Assembly (NCBI RefSeq): GCF_038025025.1
Contig: NW_027117346.1
Coordinates: forward strand, 620,001 to 684,000
Origin: Phyllosticta citribraziliensis
Lineage: Eukaryota
Reading direction: 5' to 3'
Length of the DNA: 64,000 nucleotides
Part shown: positions 61,602-64,000 of the stretch, piece after piece
Layout: each line of letters opens with the position of its first letter
Position numbering within the stretch: the stretch's first letter is position 1
The notes under the pieces: model-generated
The model's database searches: none
What the model saw: only the letters and a program-made list of their open reading frames with translations
Told to the model about the DNA's origin: nothing
Translations under genes and position numbers: made by a program

Positions 61602-62801
61602 TCAGTCGTCAAAGTCGTGAATATTAAGCGGCCGACTCGTCGAGGCTGAGCGTGGAGGTTCAACGTGATTGATCCACTTTGGGTCGCTAGGATCTTCGAG
61701 TGGACCAAGGTCGCGTTTGGTATGGATGTCAAGCCTCAAGTTTCGAGTATTCCGATATAAATACCGCACAATCCAAACGCGAGTTCCACATTCCGGCTCT
61801 GTGCAGCCTCCCCTGAAGCAGCTGGTGATCGGTTCATCTTGCCTTGCAAAATCGAACTTCAGGGCTACCAGCGCGTCGTGTACTCTGGGGAGTGCTCTGG
61901 CGACGGTGCTGTGAGGACAAATTTTGTCACTTAATCCTTTTTTTAGCAGCTCTTGGAAAACATTGCTGCTCGACTCCTTCCGAATCCTGAGTCTTACTGA
62001 ACCAATCAGAGATTCCATCATAAAAGTCTTGTTGGGTTGGTTCCCTGGTGGACTTTGCGTGAGGGAAACCATTGCGTGTGCCTGACAATGTTGTTGGCAG
62101 GAGTAAAAGTTTTCGAAGGGCTTGTTCTTTCGGCATAGGTATCTGGGATCCAAAGTTTCCTTCAGGTAGTTCCACGAAAGGCCTGTGTGATTGCAGATGT
62201 GTGTGAGTCCATTCTGGCCTCGACACTTACGCAACTTGACCGGATAATGAAGCTGGATAATCGAGAAATGGTCCTTTGTATGCAACTTGTGGCAACCCGC
62301 ACATGCCCGCGTTTCGGGGTCCTCGTTGTGTAACTCGCTCTTGTAAGCCCTGGAAAATGCATCCCGATTTAGGTATCCGGTGAAATCTTTCTGGGTAATA
62401 TAATCTTCAGGCGCAACATGGGGAATGATTGCCCGGAGTTCCTTGCAAGTTGCTGCCAAAGAAAGGGATGAGCCATGCGGCAAATATCGGTTTATGTTGA
62501 GAACCAATTCTGGTGATAAGTTCCCCAAGTGAAATCTGTCCCGAGGATCGTCGATCTTGAATTGCTCCAATCGCCTGACCATTTCATCGATTTCTTCTTC
62601 AAAATGGGTGTCCGGAAGTGGGTCCAAATCCATGTATGTGGGAACACCAGTCAAGTCAAATTCCCCAAATTCTCTCAACAGAATTTTCGAGTTGGCTGGC
62701 AGAGCTTGTGGAGACATAGTGGTGCTCTTGTCGTTGGTGGGCTCCATATTGCAGTTAGATGCTGGGTAGAAGTAGGGGCGAACTCGGGAGGCTTTAGGCA
62801 T
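61602..62801 (-). CDS. F-box-like + Cys/His-rich domain protein, paralogue 4
   Basis: First in-frame ATG at 62801 (start uncertain). DDPRDRFHLGNLSPELVLNINRYLPHGSSLSLAATCKELRAII; RACAGCHKLH...FSIIQL...RKCRG, CNH, CQQHC, CPHS, CTEPEC, RDLGPLEDPSDPKW. Confidence 0.85.
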   Translation of the reverse strand: MPKASRVRPYFYPASNCNMEPTNDKSTTMSPQALPANSKILLREFGEFDLTGVPTYMDLDPLPDTHFEEEIDEMVRRLEQFKIDDPRDRFHLGNLSPELVLNINRYLPHGSSLSLAATCKELRAIIPHVAPEDYITQKDFTGYLNRDAFSRAYKSELHNEDPETRACAGCHKLHTKDHFSIIQLHYPVKLRKCRGQNGLTHICNHTGLSWNYLKETLDPRYLCRKNKPFENFYSCQQHCQAHAMVSLTQSPPGNQPNKTFMMESLIGSVRLRIRKESSSNVFQELLKKGLSDKICPHSTVARALPRVHDALVALKFDFARQDEPITSCFRGGCTEPECGTRVWIVRYLYRNTRNLRLDIHTKRDLGPLEDPSDPKWINHVEPPRSASTSRPLNIHDFDD

Positions 62802-64000
62802 TGTGGAGACAGGCCTGAGGGCAGAAGTCGTTTTCAGTTCGGCGATGGATATACTTTGAATTTGACCTCTCTCATTCAAGTGTTGGGGTTGACCGGGTTC
62901 CTAAACTAGCGCGTCCGGCGTTGGTCGGGGGGAGTCGTTATGTGGCCGTGAACCAGGCATGATTTGGAGCGTCATTGTTGAGCCAGGAAACAGCCAAAAA
63001 GCTTTGTCAGAGCCTGTTAAACCAATTCATGACCAGGGAGGATGGCACTCTCCATGATCAATCACCTAATTGATGATGAAAAAGGTGAAAATGCGCGAGC
63101 ACGCGAGTAAAGGAAAAGCGCAAACGGCATGGCTTCATAACGGCAAGATGCGCAGACGGAAGCATATCAGAATCGTAGATCTAGAGAGATGTAAAAGGAT
63201 GGACACAAGGGGTAGTCGAGTGGTAGCGCGTCCCACAACTTGGCACTCGCTTACTATACCCGTTTGGTCAGGGCAAGCAACGGAACCACGGAAGCTGCGC
63301 GCGTCGTGACGCGACACCGCGATTCAACAACAGAACGTCATCTGTCGCCTCCCACCGTCTTTCGCACCCTAAAAATCGTCCATCGGCCGTCTTCCAAAAA
63401 CGCAAGCTTGCAACACTGCAGTGTTCAGTACCGGGCTCGCAGCTCTCCCTCACGAATCGAGTATCACCGCCCAACCGACGCGCTACGACTTCTTGGGCTT
63501 CCGGGGCGTCCGGCTCCCCTTGGCAGACTCATTTCTTGATCATCACTTGATTTGCAACGGTTTTGACAGGATCAAACTATCCGAACCACAGGCATGGTGG
63601 GGTGCGTAGCATGCGCTGCTCGATCGCCGGAGGCTTGCCGTCTGAAGACACTGTCTAAAGTGTTATGTTCACTACATTTCCCGTCAGATCATCCTGAAGC
63701 ACATGTTGCACTATTGGAAGAATTTGAAGTGCAGCTCATCCAGCTAATGTCCAAATGCGGAACCGCGTCCTCTAGTCGTCAGTCAGATCAGGTTGGAAAG
63801 CCTTCATCTGAACATCTGAAGTCGCGCTCTCGAACTAGCATCCCAGGTCCACGACGAATGTGCATGAAAACCAGCGAAAGCACGAAAGACAATGCAAATT
63901 TAGTGGCCTACCAGCACTGAAAGCCTCGACTCGCTGCGCACGCCACAACCCTACGCCAGGCGCAACTTACCAACTTGGAGCCTTGCTGGCATGGATGGGT

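Noticed and set aside
45000..64000. Transposon or Starship-type mobile element carrying the F-box cluster
   Set aside because: No transposase, reverse transcriptase, tyrosine recombinase, LTR/TIR or RIP-like AT-rich tract is visible in the window. An element boundary outside the window cannot be excluded.

Overview
Eukaryotic, intron-containing DNA from a filamentous ascomycete (Pezizomycotina; GT-AG introns with CTRAC/CTRAY branch points; Dothideomycete-like by impression only). About 1-38 kb is a dense housekeeping block: Pop8-like RNase P/MRP subunit, ESS2/ES2, an orphan coiled-coil protein, RVB2, RAD57, carnitine acetyltransferase facC/YAT1, proteasome alpha5 PUP2, QCR10, an intronic box C/D snoRNA in a spliced host transcript, a small hypothetical protein, NEO1, SEC16 and an S10 carboxypeptidase. 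About 38-45 kb holds a CtvD/AurD-like membrane protein, a secreted hypothetical protein, a degenerate tRNA-like Pol III element and a PTR2 peptide transporter. About 45-64 kb is gene-sparse and holds four divergent, intronless paralogues (N-terminal F-box-like motif plus a Cys/His-rich domain with three putative Zn sites) arranged as two convergent pairs around a Zn2Cys6 transcription factor. The main hunt results are this F-box/zinc-finger cluster, a dual-guide snoRNA combining snR41-type and snR71-type antisense elements, the tRNA-like element, and a W-x7-F repeat in the Sec16 N-terminus. All identities come from motif recall and manual translation; no database searches were run.
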